Origin: a virus
Lineage: Duplodnaviria; Caudoviricetes
Direction: 5' to 3' (one strand)
DNA: 64,000 bases
IMG/VR virus record: IMGVR_UViG_3300009671_000010
Span: 47,473-111,472 of that record
Under the pieces are notes generated by a model. It saw nothing but the letters and a program-made list of their open reading frames with translations. It ran no database searches and had not been told where the DNA came from. Below, in pieces: positions 43,204 through 52,961 of the stretch (position 1 is the stretch's first letter; every line of letters begins with the position of its first letter). The translations under genes and the position numbers were made by a program.

Positions 43204-43834
43204 TAAAACTAGTAAATCCTTTCCAATTACTTATATCTGTTTGTTTGAAATCATGAAAACCAAATTGATCCGTCCAGATTCTTCCCTGTTTCATATTACC
43301 TTCTAATGAAAATCTTTTAGCCAAACTCTCTGGTGCATATGTGATTCCTTCTTTTTCCATAAGATTTCTATACGTACGACAAAGAATTAAATCTTCTGGA
43401 TTAAAATTTTTAATTGGTAATCTAGAACTAACATCTAGAAATTTTTTAGATCTAAGGCTAAATCCACCATTACCGACATTCATATTATCATCATACCACC
43501 AAGGTGCTCCGATATAATCATAATTAAGAAATTCATCTGTCCAAGCATCTGGATTTAATATGTATCCATCCCATTGAATACATAATGCAAAATCTGTGTC
43601 AACATAGCTAGTGAGATCTTTAATCATAAATCTACTATAATCTTGGATAGTATTTATATCATATATTTTAACAATCTTATCTCCTGCAAAATCATTTTTA
43701 TTATACAATAAAGATGTAAGCAGTTTTATTTCTTTAAATTTTATTTTGCTTTTACTAATCTTTATGGCATGATTTGCTCTATGTACGTTAACACAATCAA
43801 CACACACTAATGTTACATTATTTAATTCTATCAT
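43196..43834 (-). CDS. DUF5672 glycosyltransferase-like protein
   Basis: IQWDG, YDYIGAPW, VGNGGFSLRS, PED, FS.E and FGFH motifs. Confidence 0.85.
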   Translation of the reverse strand: MIELNNVTLVCVDCVNVHRANHAIKISKSKIKFKEIKLLTSLLYNKNDFAGDKIVKIYDINTIQDYSRFMIKDLTSYVDTDFALCIQWDGYILNPDAWTDEFLNYDYIGAPWWYDDNMNVGNGGFSLRSKKFLDVSSRLPIKNFNPEDLILCRTYRNLMEKEGITYAPESLAKRFSLEGNMKQGRIWTDQFGFHDFKQTDISNWKGFTSFNK

Positions 43835-44091
43835 TTTCTATACCATCCCATTTTGTTCATTTCAATTTCTGGTATTTGTTGCAGTGAAAATCCATCAGGT
43901 AATACAAGAATTGGTCGTTCCATATTTAATTGTTTCAAACCATCGAATAAAGATTTAACTATTTCTTCCATCTCTGAAACTTTGATATTTTTTGTATCAA
44001 CTGTACAAACTAATATACTTGAATCATTTAGATTTAATGAATTTAATTTATCCATTAATAAATCACTATACACTATTTTTCTTAGATTCAT
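43831..44091 (-). CDS. Hypothetical protein
   Basis: Overlapping operonic ORF. Confidence 0.6.
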   Translation of the reverse strand: MNLRKIVYSDLLMDKLNSLNLNDSSILVCTVDTKNIKVSEMEEIVKSLFDGLKQLNMERPILVLPDGFSLQQIPEIEMNKMGWYRK

Positions 44092-44599
44092 AATCTATCC
44101 ATACTGTATTGTGTATATCTTCTAGATCTGTTTTTTTAAAATAAATAAATTTATCTTTTCTTCCAAATCTTCTATATAATGTATAAAGTTTCTTATTTTC
44201 ACGAGGAGATAATAATGGCTCCGATAAAATATCTACGGTGTTTTCAACGTAATCAACTAGTTTTACTCTGTTGATTAACATAAATCCGTTTTCTGTTTCA
44301 AACGCAATATAATCAGCTTTACCATAAATCCATCCAGGATATCCAGTAATTCCTTTAATTTCAATACATATCCATTCAGATTGTTGATTATTATCATTTC
44401 TGTTAACTCTTTTCAATCCTTTTACTTCTATTTTATAAGAATTTCCATTAGGATATGTTATTAGCACATCCCAATGTTCAATTCTATCTTGTTTACTTGA
44501 TGCAAAGGAATAATTAATATCTCTATCTTTACACATTCTAGTAAATTTTTCAATGCCTTTTATTCCTATTTGTTCTGAATTATTTGTTTTGAAGTTCAT
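44066..44599 (-). CDS. PD-(D/E)xK-family endonuclease
   Basis: QD..EHWD...IEVKG...WIC.E...GWIYGKADYIAF. Confidence 0.7.
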   Translation of the reverse strand: MNFKTNNSEQIGIKGIEKFTRMCKDRDINYSFASSKQDRIEHWDVLITYPNGNSYKIEVKGLKRVNRNDNNQQSEWICIEIKGITGYPGWIYGKADYIAFETENGFMLINRVKLVDYVENTVDILSEPLLSPRENKKLYTLYRRFGRKDKFIYFKKTDLEDIHNTVWIDYESKKNSV

Positions 44600-47500
44600 G
44601 GTAAATATTTTAAATTCATATGTTTATTATTTAAATCTCTTAAGTCTCTTTTAACTAGTTCTGGATCTAAATTTTTAAATCTATCCTGTTCAAAGTTTAA
44701 TGGAATTGAATCAAGTAAATCTACCCAATCTTCTGTAACAGTATCCCATTGTAATTTCTTTCCAAGATCTATTCCTTTTCTACTATATTCTCTACACATT
44801 TTTTCACTATTATAAAGAAGCTCTAACTGTTTAGCTGTATGATTTACATCAACTAGGGCCTTTATAAAGCCAGTTCGTGTTTCATGTTCGTATGCTGATA
44901 CTTTACTTAATAAAAAAGTATCTTTTCCCCAATCAGCCGCAGCGGAATAGTTAGTAGTTATATTTGGAATACCTGCGGCAGCAGTTTCTAACAAAGGAAG
45001 ACAGTTATGTACAGCAAAACCATCTGTTAAATATGATTCGTCATTTTCTACAGATATATTGTACACTTTTCCAGAATATTCTTTTTTGAATATTTTCTTA
45101 ATTGGTATATAAAAATAATCATTATCTTCTAACACATAATCTATTTTTTTTCTTTTTATTGAAAAATCTATATTATTACATTTATTTATAAATTCTTTAC
45201 ACTTTTTTAAATCTTTAAATAATTGTATTTGTACTACAATAGAATTTCTATTTATTTTTCTTTTTGTAATATATATTTTACTATATATTCCTAAAGTTAG
45301 AAATAAATATTTAATTTGATAAGATAATACTTCACTTGTAGTAGTGTAAACAATACCATTTTTGTTACTTACATGTCCGTCTCCTTCTATTACACCATTT
45401 AAGAATTTTTTACATAAAACCTCATTAGTTTTAAGTATATCATAAATTTCAGTTGGTATTTTTTTATTGTATGCTTTAGATCCAAATGATTTAAATAAAT
45501 TTGATAAGGTTCTAGAAGTGATACATATATTTTCTCTATTTCTTTTCATTATATAGCTCTTATAGTTTAATTTTAATTTATTTGCTAATTCTATTGTATT
45601 ATTTCTAATAATATCATCTGAAGAAGCATTTATTGATATTTTTATATCATCGTGACCGCACGAACCTTCTGCTATATAATTTCCTATAAATTCAGCAGTA
45701 TTCTCATCTATTGTTAGTTTTAAACTTACAGGTTTTGATTTTAAATTAGGTTTATTATTTTTTAATCCATAAATAAAATTATTTTTTTCTACTACTTTAT
45801 ACTCTGTATATTTTTCAATCATGTATTTTGTATCAATTACATTTTCTATACTATCTAACTTTTTGTATTTTGGTAAACATAAATAATGACCTTTATTTAC
45901 AAATCCAGCTGGTACCCATTCTTTTAACAATTCTTTGTTTGCTACAAATAATCTATGATTAGGAGTAAACCATACAGTTAAACTTGAGCCAAGATATTTA
46001 AATCCATACATAGTTCCTGTATAATTTCTAGATAATGGTTCTATTACTTTATTAATATTACCATTATGTGTTATTACTAAATCATCTTTGTTAAAATCTT
46101 GTAATTGTTTAATGCCATCAGGTGTAATTATACGGGTATCACCAAAACTACACCAACCCTCACTATTTGATAATAAAATATGTGCATCAAAACAATTAGC
46201 TATCTCATTTAATTGTGTAGTAGTTGGTCCTTTACCAGGTACTAAATCTTTATTAAAAATACAATATTCATCTACTCCGTAATATTTAGCTAGCCATGGT
46301 AAGTTCCATCCTAATTCATCATTTGGTGAACAATGAAAGTATACTCTCAAGTCTCTATTTGGTTTTTGATACTTCTCTTTGAATATTTTAACAACTTGTA
46401 AAACTGCATCAAATCGCTTGCGCGGTTGGTTACGTGAGATACTATTATGTACACCAACATTTCCTATAACATAACTATTTTTATTTTTAACTTCAAAATT
46501 ATAAACTGTACCATTGAAGTATTTTTTATTAATAGAATTAATCCTTCTATATATAAAATTATTATGTATTTTAATGTGTAATTCTTTTAAATTAGTAGTT
46601 ACTCTATATTTAATTGAATGTTTGGAATTAAGTCTATTGCAATAATTATCAACTGTTATTGAACAAGCTATTTTATTTCTCGCATACAAGATCTCTGCTT
46701 GCCTAGCCATTTCTTTACAGGTTGTTATTACAATTTGTCTACCATCACGAGTATTACAACCATTTCCTTCTTCCCATCCTTTTAAAAATGCAAGTTGTTT
46801 ATAAGGGGGTAATAATAAAAATTCTTTCGAAAGTGACTTAGTTTGGCATTTATCTCCATTCAAAAGTTTTTTAAATAATCTAAACAGTTGTACTGAATTA
46901 ACTTCAATAGTTACATGACCAATATCCATAGAATTTCTATATGATACTCTAGTATTCGTATTTACATTTAGTTTTCTAGAATAATCTTCTACAAATTTAA
47001 TTAACTCTGGTTCTTTTGAATTAAAATTAAAATACAAGCTCGCTTCATATTTTTTTCCTCTTGCCCATGAATATTGAAAGCTTCCTTCAGCAACAAATAA
47101 ACCAAGATATCTCATAAAATCCTCATCCAGTTTTATTTTGTTTGGTAATTTTTTTGCATTTTTCATTTTAACTTCAATTTCATCTGTCGATATTTCATCA
47201 ATATCTATTATATCTGTAATAATTGGTTCTACGAGCCATGATCCTTCTTTTAAATTTTTTATTTCTATCCATTCTGGATCTTGCCTATTAAAACATGTAT
47301 TAATAGATGGATAACCATGTTTTTGATTAGGATGTATAGCATAAAATGGATGTTCTTGTGTTGCTGTGATTGGATCCAATATACCAGCTATGTTGAGTGT
47401 ATATATATCACCATTATATTCTTTTGGATCTGGTGATATGACATAATCTTTTTCACCAAGGTGATTTATTATTTCATCACCTGATTTTATATCCTGAATG

Positions 47501-48294
47501 GGTTTGGTAGTTAGATCAGACATTAAAACAGGAGTATCTTTTAAAAAACATCCCACTAGGAAGGTATTATCATTAATATTAAAATATTTTCTTCTTAATT
47601 CTTTTTTATTATCTAAAGGTTTCCATATACTAGTATCTACTCCATGAGGAATTACATTAATCTTTGCAACTTCTTTATTAATTACTATCCTACATGTTTT
47701 ATTTATTTCATTTTTTGCCCATTCAGTAAATACAACTATTCTATCAGATAATCCAAGTGTATTGATAAGGTTTATCTTTGGAAGATATGGATTAATTGGA
47801 TTGATTTCTGGAAATATACATTCACTGTCTATAGCTAAATATGGTACAAGTTTAAAACTATTTCTATTTCTTACCAGACCTAGATTATATAAACCCCAAA
47901 TATCATTAATAGGAACAACTATGTCTGGTTTAAAATGGTTAATTACATAATAAACAGAATCATATCCATAACTCTCATTTCTACTTGGTATTCCACTAAC
48001 ACATACTTTTTGATCTTGATTATATGAAACTAGGGGATGAACATTAATATATGAAATCTTCTTTTCTAAATTACAATATTCAATTACGTTACCTTTAGAA
48101 CAACAGTTTTTATGTTCTTTTATAACAGTATAATTATGTATTGGTAGATCAACTATGGGTACGCTATTGTTTAAACCAAGTTGAGCTATTTCGAATTTAT
48201 TACTTTTAAGAAGTTTTGTTATTATATTTCTACTAACTACTCCATACCCAGTATTTTTCATTACAGAATCACTTACAAATAAAACTTTTTTCAT
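44596..48294 (-). CDS. GT4-like glycosyltransferase with two inteins (about 480 aa after splicing)
   Basis: TGYG, IPHGVD, VG|SISRNQPRK and EGW|CLPLLE..A.GIP extein motifs. Confidence 0.9.
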   Translation of the reverse strand: MKKVLFVSDSVMKNTGYGVVSRNIITKLLKSNKFEIAQLGLNNSVPIVDLPIHNYTVIKEHKNCCSKGNVIEYCNLEKKISYINVHPLVSYNQDQKVCVSGIPSRNESYGYDSVYYVINHFKPDIVVPINDIWGLYNLGLVRNRNSFKLVPYLAIDSECIFPEINPINPYLPKINLINTLGLSDRIVVFTEWAKNEINKTCRIVINKEVAKINVIPHGVDTSIWKPLDNKKELRRKYFNINDNTFLVGCFLKDTPVLMSDLTTKPIQDIKSGDEIINHLGEKDYVISPDPKEYNGDIYTLNIAGILDPITATQEHPFYAIHPNQKHGYPSINTCFNRQDPEWIEIKNLKEGSWLVEPIITDIIDIDEISTDEIEVKMKNAKKLPNKIKLDEDFMRYLGLFVAEGSFQYSWARGKKYEASLYFNFNSKEPELIKFVEDYSRKLNVNTNTRVSYRNSMDIGHVTIEVNSVQLFRLFKKLLNGDKCQTKSLSKEFLLLPPYKQLAFLKGWEEGNGCNTRDGRQIVITTCKEMARQAEILYARNKIACSITVDNYCNRLNSKHSIKYRVTTNLKELHIKIHNNFIYRRINSINKKYFNGTVYNFEVKNKNSYVIGNVGVHNSISRNQPRKRFDAVLQVVKIFKEKYQKPNRDLRVYFHCSPNDELGWNLPWLAKYYGVDEYCIFNKDLVPGKGPTTTQLNEIANCFDAHILLSNSEGWCSFGDTRIITPDGIKQLQDFNKDDLVITHNGNINKVIEPLSRNYTGTMYGFKYLGSSLTVWFTPNHRLFVANKELLKEWVPAGFVNKGHYLCLPKYKKLDSIENVIDTKYMIEKYTEYKVVEKNNFIYGLKNNKPNLKSKPVSLKLTIDENTAEFIGNYIAEGSCGHDDIKISINASSDDIIRNNTIELANKLKLNYKSYIMKRNRENICITSRTLSNLFKSFGSKAYNKKIPTEIYDILKTNEVLCKKFLNGVIEGDGHVSNKNGIVYTTTSEVLSYQIKYLFLTLGIYSKIYITKRKINRNSIVVQIQLFKDLKKCKEFINKCNNIDFSIKRKKIDYVLEDNDYFYIPIKKIFKKEYSGKVYNISVENDESYLTDGFAVHNCLPLLETAAAGIPNITTNYSAAADWGKDTFLLSKVSAYEHETRTGFIKALVDVNHTAKQLELLYNSEKMCREYSRKGIDLGKKLQWDTVTEDWVDLLDSIPLNFEQDRFKNLDPELVKRDLRDLNNKHMNLKYLP
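45004..46152 (-). mobile_element. Intein 2 in GT4 (383 aa, LAGLIDADG endonuclease)
   Basis: Starts CSFGDTRIIT and ends SYLTDGFAVHN|C; FIGNYIAEG and FLNGVIEGDG motifs. Confidence 0.92.
46444..47550 (-). mobile_element. Intein 1 in GT4 (369 aa, LAGLIDADG endonuclease)
   Basis: Starts CFLKDTPVLM, has block B TQEHPF, ends SYVIGNVGVHN|S; YLGLFVAEG and FLKGWEEGNG motifs. Confidence 0.92.
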
Positions 48295-48440
48295 TCTTGT
48301 TCCTGTATTGTTTCCTTTTTAGATTTTCTCTTTTTGTTTTTTATTGGTTGTTTTTCTTCGACTACGGTATCAACTTTTTCATTATCTACTGTAGTTATCA
48401 TGTTATTGATTGGTGGCATTTTTACTTTTCTTAGTAACAT
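48291..48440 (-). CDS. Small Lys/Glu-rich hypothetical protein (49 aa, not in the ORF track)
   Basis: MLLRKVKMPPINNMITTVDNEKVDTVVEEKQPIKNKKRKSKKETIQEQE; fills the gap and has an ATGA overlap with the GT4 gene. Confidence 0.5.
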   Translation of the reverse strand: MLLRKVKMPPINNMITTVDNEKVDTVVEEKQPIKNKKRKSKKETIQEQE

Positions 48441-48654
48441 TTAATTCATCCCTTAATGATGCTATGAAAGTACTATATATTTTACTAATCTGTTTTCTAT
48501 TAAGATTAAATAAATCATTTGATTGTACTTTAAATGAACTACCATGTACTAGTTTAACGTACACAACAAGTTTACTTTCCAGTGGTAGTTCTAAAAATTT
48601 TTGATATACTACTTCTTCAACTTCTTCAGAAATATTAATCTTTTCGTGTGTCAT
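48403..48654 (-). CDS. Stand-alone sigma70 region 4-like HTH protein
   Basis: FLELPLESKLVVYVKLVHGSSF...LFNLNRKQISKIYSTFIASLRDEL follows the LP....V......G.S...(HTH)...LR pattern. Confidence 0.45.
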   Translation of the reverse strand: MTHEKINISEEVEEVVYQKFLELPLESKLVVYVKLVHGSSFKVQSNDLFNLNRKQISKIYSTFIASLRDELNVTKKSKNATNQ

Positions 48655-48823
48655 TGCGGAATTCTTTCAGTTTATCATTGAAAGATTTCCGTGTGTCATC
48701 AGAGGTATAAGCTTGTTCGAGAGGTAATTCTTTATCATCTAAAAGAATCGTATCTATACCACCAGCGTCATCAGAAATTCTTCCAATCTTTTTTCCACTG
48801 GTAGTTACAATTTCTATACTCAT
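48635..48823 (-). CDS. Hypothetical protein
   Basis: GGAG SD; operonic overlap. Confidence 0.55.
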   Translation of the reverse strand: MSIEIVTTSGKKIGRISDDAGGIDTILLDDKELPLEQAYTSDDTRKSFNDKLKEFRNDTRKD

Positions 48824-49491
48824 ATTACTAACTCCATTCTTTTTATTCCATTAGTTATAGTTGGTTTACAACTATTTAAACAGTTCAAACAATATTCTCC
48901 GCACTTTTTTATTCTGCTGCTTTGAATTATTGATATGAATCCCCGAGGAATAGTATAGTTACTGGAATTGTAATCAATGGAAAAAAACATATTTGTAGGT
49001 ATACTTACAACTATCATGTTGTTAGTAGTACCTTTGCTTTCATTATAAAAATAATTATTTAATTCATAAAAATCAAGTAGTTTTTGTGTATCAATTGCAT
49101 TTTTATAACAAAAGTATAAATTAGTTTTCTTTCCATGATTATCAATAATAGCTGAAACTTTTCCTTTTAACTTGTATTTATAAACATATTTTTCATTGTA
49201 TTCTACTATGTTGAATTTTTTTATAATACTATTTAAATTTGTAGCACATTTTATATAAAAGTTTTTTATATACTGAACATCATCAACTGGTATAAATCTA
49301 CTTCCAGTAAATGCTTTTCTATTAATTTCATCAGAAAATATTTTTAAAAAGTTTGTCTTATCAATTTTCTTTGTGATTAATTTTTCAAAGAATAGAGATA
49401 TTTGCTTTAAATAAAGATCTTTTTCTTTATAAAAAGCACATCTACACATTCTATTATAAAAAGTTTCACATGCTATTCCTGTACTTAACAT
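48820..49491 (-). CDS. Degenerate PD-(D/E)xK/Cas4-like protein
   Basis: LKGKVSAII followed by a C-terminal CGEYCLNC...C cluster; catalytic acidic residues not evident. Confidence 0.4.
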   Translation of the reverse strand: MLSTGIACETFYNRMCRCAFYKEKDLYLKQISLFFEKLITKKIDKTNFLKIFSDEINRKAFTGSRFIPVDDVQYIKNFYIKCATNLNSIIKKFNIVEYNEKYVYKYKLKGKVSAIIDNHGKKTNLYFCYKNAIDTQKLLDFYELNNYFYNESKGTTNNMIVVSIPTNMFFSIDYNSSNYTIPRGFISIIQSSRIKKCGEYCLNCLNSCKPTITNGIKRMELVI

Positions 49492-49499
49492 ATTTCCTA

Positions 49500-52400
49500 T
49501 TAAAACATACGATCATTATCGACTCGTATAACTTTCTTTTTCTTATCAATTAACTTAGCAATAGTAGACCATTGATCTTCTGTTACTTGTAAGTTCAATG
49601 AATTTAATTTATATGCAAGTTTATCACATTGTCCAGTTAATTTGTTTTTTTCAATAGCTACTTCTATAAACGGATTTACAGTTCCACTATCTTTATCTAA
49701 CCATACAATATTACTTTCTTGTTTTTTAGCTTGATGATCATTATGTACTAAAAATATTACATCAGCATCATATTCTAATTGTACAGAATCTTTAAGATCT
49801 GATAAAGTTGGTCTAGCATCAGTTCCATCTAATTTTCTTAATTCCACTGTGGCAATAATATGTAAATCATTGAGCTGTGTAATCTCTTTTACTTTTTCTG
49901 ATGTATCAGATACAGCTTCTGTCTTCTTACCATTAGCCCCATGAGCAACACCAGATCTTAATTTATGAAAATTGTCTAAAAGAAATACTTTCTTTTTAAA
50001 TTTACAGTTTCGTGTAAACCAATCAACATGTGATTCTAATGCATCAATTGAGTTACCTTTGTTAGCATCAACTATAATAAATCTATTAGAAACAGAGTTT
50101 AACCAATTCCATGCTTCATCTACTTTTTTACGTTCATCTTCAGATAAACTGCTATATTTTTTAATCTTAGTTGATGATAAACCAGATTTCATTGCTAATA
50201 TTTTTAATGTCATTAATTCAGTTGTATCATCGATAGACATGTAACATATGCTGGCTTCTTCATCTGAATCAATCATATCAATTGCTAGTGCTGTTAACCA
50301 ACTTGTATTATGTGTCACTGTTCCATCAGATAATAAAAATAAATGATCACCATCTAATACAACTCCATAGTATTTACCTTTTCCTACTGGTTTAATATCA
50401 AAACCAGTATTAAGATGATTATTTCTATGACTGATAATCTTGCATTTTTTTCTTTCAATTTTTACTGGAATACAGTCTATGTTACCACCTATCAAAATTC
50501 TATGATAGTCTCTAATATCTCCTTCTTTTATCTTTACTTTTTTAATAGTGTATGTAACTGAAAATCCCAGTGAATTTCCTAAGTAAATAATATCTTCACA
50601 TAATCCTTTATACTTAGTAGTAATCTCATAGTAATATTTATTTAAATGCCCATCAGTATCAATCAATCCAGCTAAAAGCTCAAGTCTTTTTTCTCGTGAA
50701 TTATACAGGTATTCTTTTGGAATACGTTTTTCATTATTCAATTTTACATTATTATTAATATATTGCCGTAATGGATTTCTATGATTCAATTTGTTTTTAA
50801 ATAAATATCTATAAGTATTATTTTCTTGATGTGTTTTGGATATTTCTAAATTATTTTTATTTGCAAAATTATGAAAATACTCTTCTACATATTTGCCATC
50901 AGCAGATGTAATTATTATAGTACCATAGTCTCCATCACCTAACCACATGCCTATAAAATATGGATCATATGGAACTTCTTTATTTGGTAGTTCCCATCCA
51001 GTTCTCCATTGTTTTGCGTGGTGTTTAAATTTATTATTTTTTCCAAGATATTCCTTGATAGATAGATTTATTATCTGATCTTTTTTATATACTTTTCCAT
51101 TTGTAGAACTCATTCTTAACGATAGGATGTGTGGTTCATTGCAACCCCATTTCATTCCTGTTTTAGGAATAATTTCATACATTTCTTCTTCTCCAGATCC
51201 AAGTGCAAGCACTTTTCTTGGTTTGGAATCTGGTCCCATTAAAAGATCTCCTACTACTACGTCTTCTATTTTTTTGATATATCCATTATACATAAGTACT
51301 GGCGTTCCAGGCATAAGTGATTTTCCTGATTGTGGACGACCTCCAACTAATGTTAAATTAGTCCAATACGGAATACCATCAAGTCTATCACATAGTTTTC
51401 TAAACTTAACAGGCATAATTCCTTGTACGTAATTACCTTCTTCGATTCTCTGTCTTATTTCTCCAATTTTTTCAACAAAGTCAGTTTGATTATCAATCTT
51501 TTTATTATGAATTTGTTCAACTCTTTTAATCCTAAGCAGAGCATCTTCAAGTATAGACTTAGTGTCACCAATTTTTCTTCTTGTTAATTGAATCTGAAGC
51601 ATTTTATTAATATCTTTTATTTCTTCTAAATATGCTCCAATACTTATATCGAGTTTAAGCTCTACTTCTTTTTTAATATCTTCTTCTGATACGCTAGTAA
51701 TAGATGAAAGATCTTTAATCATCCTAGTTCTAACTATAGGGCTCTCTTCTGCTGCAATGATAGGAATAGCTTTCTGAGCTATAGTTAGTTGATCATCCTG
51801 AAATGTAGCTTTCTTTAATGTCCATGCAAATGGTGTAATAGATTCATTTCTACATTTTTTAATAAATTCATCTGCTCCAATTTCTTTTACTATGTCATCT
51901 GGATCTTTGCCAGATTCCAGTTCAAATATCATTGTACGCATACGACCTTTATTATTACTACAATAAGGAGCTAAACGTTCTATTGCAAGTTCAGTACCTT
52001 TTTTACCACCATCGTCACCATCAAATATAAGATAAATTGTTCTAACATTTGTTCTTAATAATAAGTTAATATGTTCCTCAGTAAGAGTGGTTGATCCTAA
52101 TGCTACTACGTTTGGAACTCCCATTTGAGTTAAATAAATAGCATCTAAATATCCTTCGACAATATATAATGGTCCTTTATCAATCTCGAAATTATTAAAA
52201 TTAAATAATATTTCTGACTTATGATATATATCTGAGTTGACAGAGTTAACAAATTTAGGCTGATGTTCTTTAACTTCTTTTGTTGTTCTTGTTACAAAAC
52301 CTACTGGACGATTTCTATCATCATAGATAGGAATTATAATTCCATCTTTAGTAAATATTTGTTTATTTGCTAAGTCACTACTATATAACCATTCTTTATT

Positions 52401-52961
52401 GTCCCATCCTAATGTTTCCATTTCTTTCATATAAGATGAGTGGCTATCTATACAACCTATCTTAAACTTTCTTATTGCTTCAAGTGAAATACCCCGTTTA
52501 GATAGATTTTCAATTGCAGGATGATCGGTACGAAGTTCGCCTTTTCTGAATATATTAGAATGGCAGATATCGACAGCATCCTGATAAGCTCTTCTACGTT
52601 CATATTCTCTCTTCTGATCCTCGCTAATTTCTATTGGTTCGAATGGAATATCATATAATTTGCATAAATATGGTAATGTATCCTGGAAAAATCCAATACC
52701 TGACAATGGTTTTTTTTCGAATATATTTGCGGCATGTAGTATCCCGAAGCTGCGCTGGCAACTGAAACAATGTGTAACTTTACCAGCATACTCAGAATTA
52801 CCACCTAGTGAACTTGAAGGCGTATGGTCAGGATGACTTGGAGATATACAACTATGAAATCCATCATCTCGTATAACTACACCCTGTTTTCTTAAGTAAT
52901 CTTCCAAATGTATTGATAATTTATCAAATAAATCACCAAGATTATTTTCATTTATTGACAT
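49500..52961 (-). CDS. Fused DnaG-like primase / DnaB-like helicase with intein
   Basis: CHC2 Zn domain (C...H.D..PS...CFSC); TOPRIM IVEGYLD, FDGD and KDPD; Walker A GGRPQSGK|T; LKDSVQLEYDAD. Confidence 0.93.
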   Translation of the reverse strand: MSINENNLGDLFDKLSIHLEDYLRKQGVVIRDDGFHSCISPSHPDHTPSSSLGGNSEYAGKVTHCFSCQRSFGILHAANIFEKKPLSGIGFFQDTLPYLCKLYDIPFEPIEISEDQKREYERRRAYQDAVDICHSNIFRKGELRTDHPAIENLSKRGISLEAIRKFKIGCIDSHSSYMKEMETLGWDNKEWLYSSDLANKQIFTKDGIIIPIYDDRNRPVGFVTRTTKEVKEHQPKFVNSVNSDIYHKSEILFNFNNFEIDKGPLYIVEGYLDAIYLTQMGVPNVVALGSTTLTEEHINLLLRTNVRTIYLIFDGDDGGKKGTELAIERLAPYCSNNKGRMRTMIFELESGKDPDDIVKEIGADEFIKKCRNESITPFAWTLKKATFQDDQLTIAQKAIPIIAAEESPIVRTRMIKDLSSITSVSEEDIKKEVELKLDISIGAYLEEIKDINKMLQIQLTRRKIGDTKSILEDALLRIKRVEQIHNKKIDNQTDFVEKIGEIRQRIEEGNYVQGIMPVKFRKLCDRLDGIPYWTNLTLVGGRPQSGKSLMPGTPVLMYNGYIKKIEDVVVGDLLMGPDSKPRKVLALGSGEEEMYEIIPKTGMKWGCNEPHILSLRMSSTNGKVYKKDQIINLSIKEYLGKNNKFKHHAKQWRTGWELPNKEVPYDPYFIGMWLGDGDYGTIIITSADGKYVEEYFHNFANKNNLEISKTHQENNTYRYLFKNKLNHRNPLRQYINNNVKLNNEKRIPKEYLYNSREKRLELLAGLIDTDGHLNKYYYEITTKYKGLCEDIIYLGNSLGFSVTYTIKKVKIKEGDIRDYHRILIGGNIDCIPVKIERKKCKIISHRNNHLNTGFDIKPVGKGKYYGVVLDGDHLFLLSDGTVTHNTSWLTALAIDMIDSDEEASICYMSIDDTTELMTLKILAMKSGLSSTKIKKYSSLSEDERKKVDEAWNWLNSVSNRFIIVDANKGNSIDALESHVDWFTRNCKFKKKVFLLDNFHKLRSGVAHGANGKKTEAVSDTSEKVKEITQLNDLHIIATVELRKLDGTDARPTLSDLKDSVQLEYDADVIFLVHNDHQAKKQESNIVWLDKDSGTVNPFIEVAIEKNKLTGQCDKLAYKLNSLNLQVTEDQWSTIAKLIDKKKKVIRVDNDRMF
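50307..51320 (-). mobile_element. Intein in the helicase P-loop (338 aa, LAGLIDADG)
   Basis: Starts SLMPGTPVLM and ends FLLSDGTVTHN|T; FIGMWLGDG and LLAGLIDTDG motifs intact. Confidence 0.93.
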
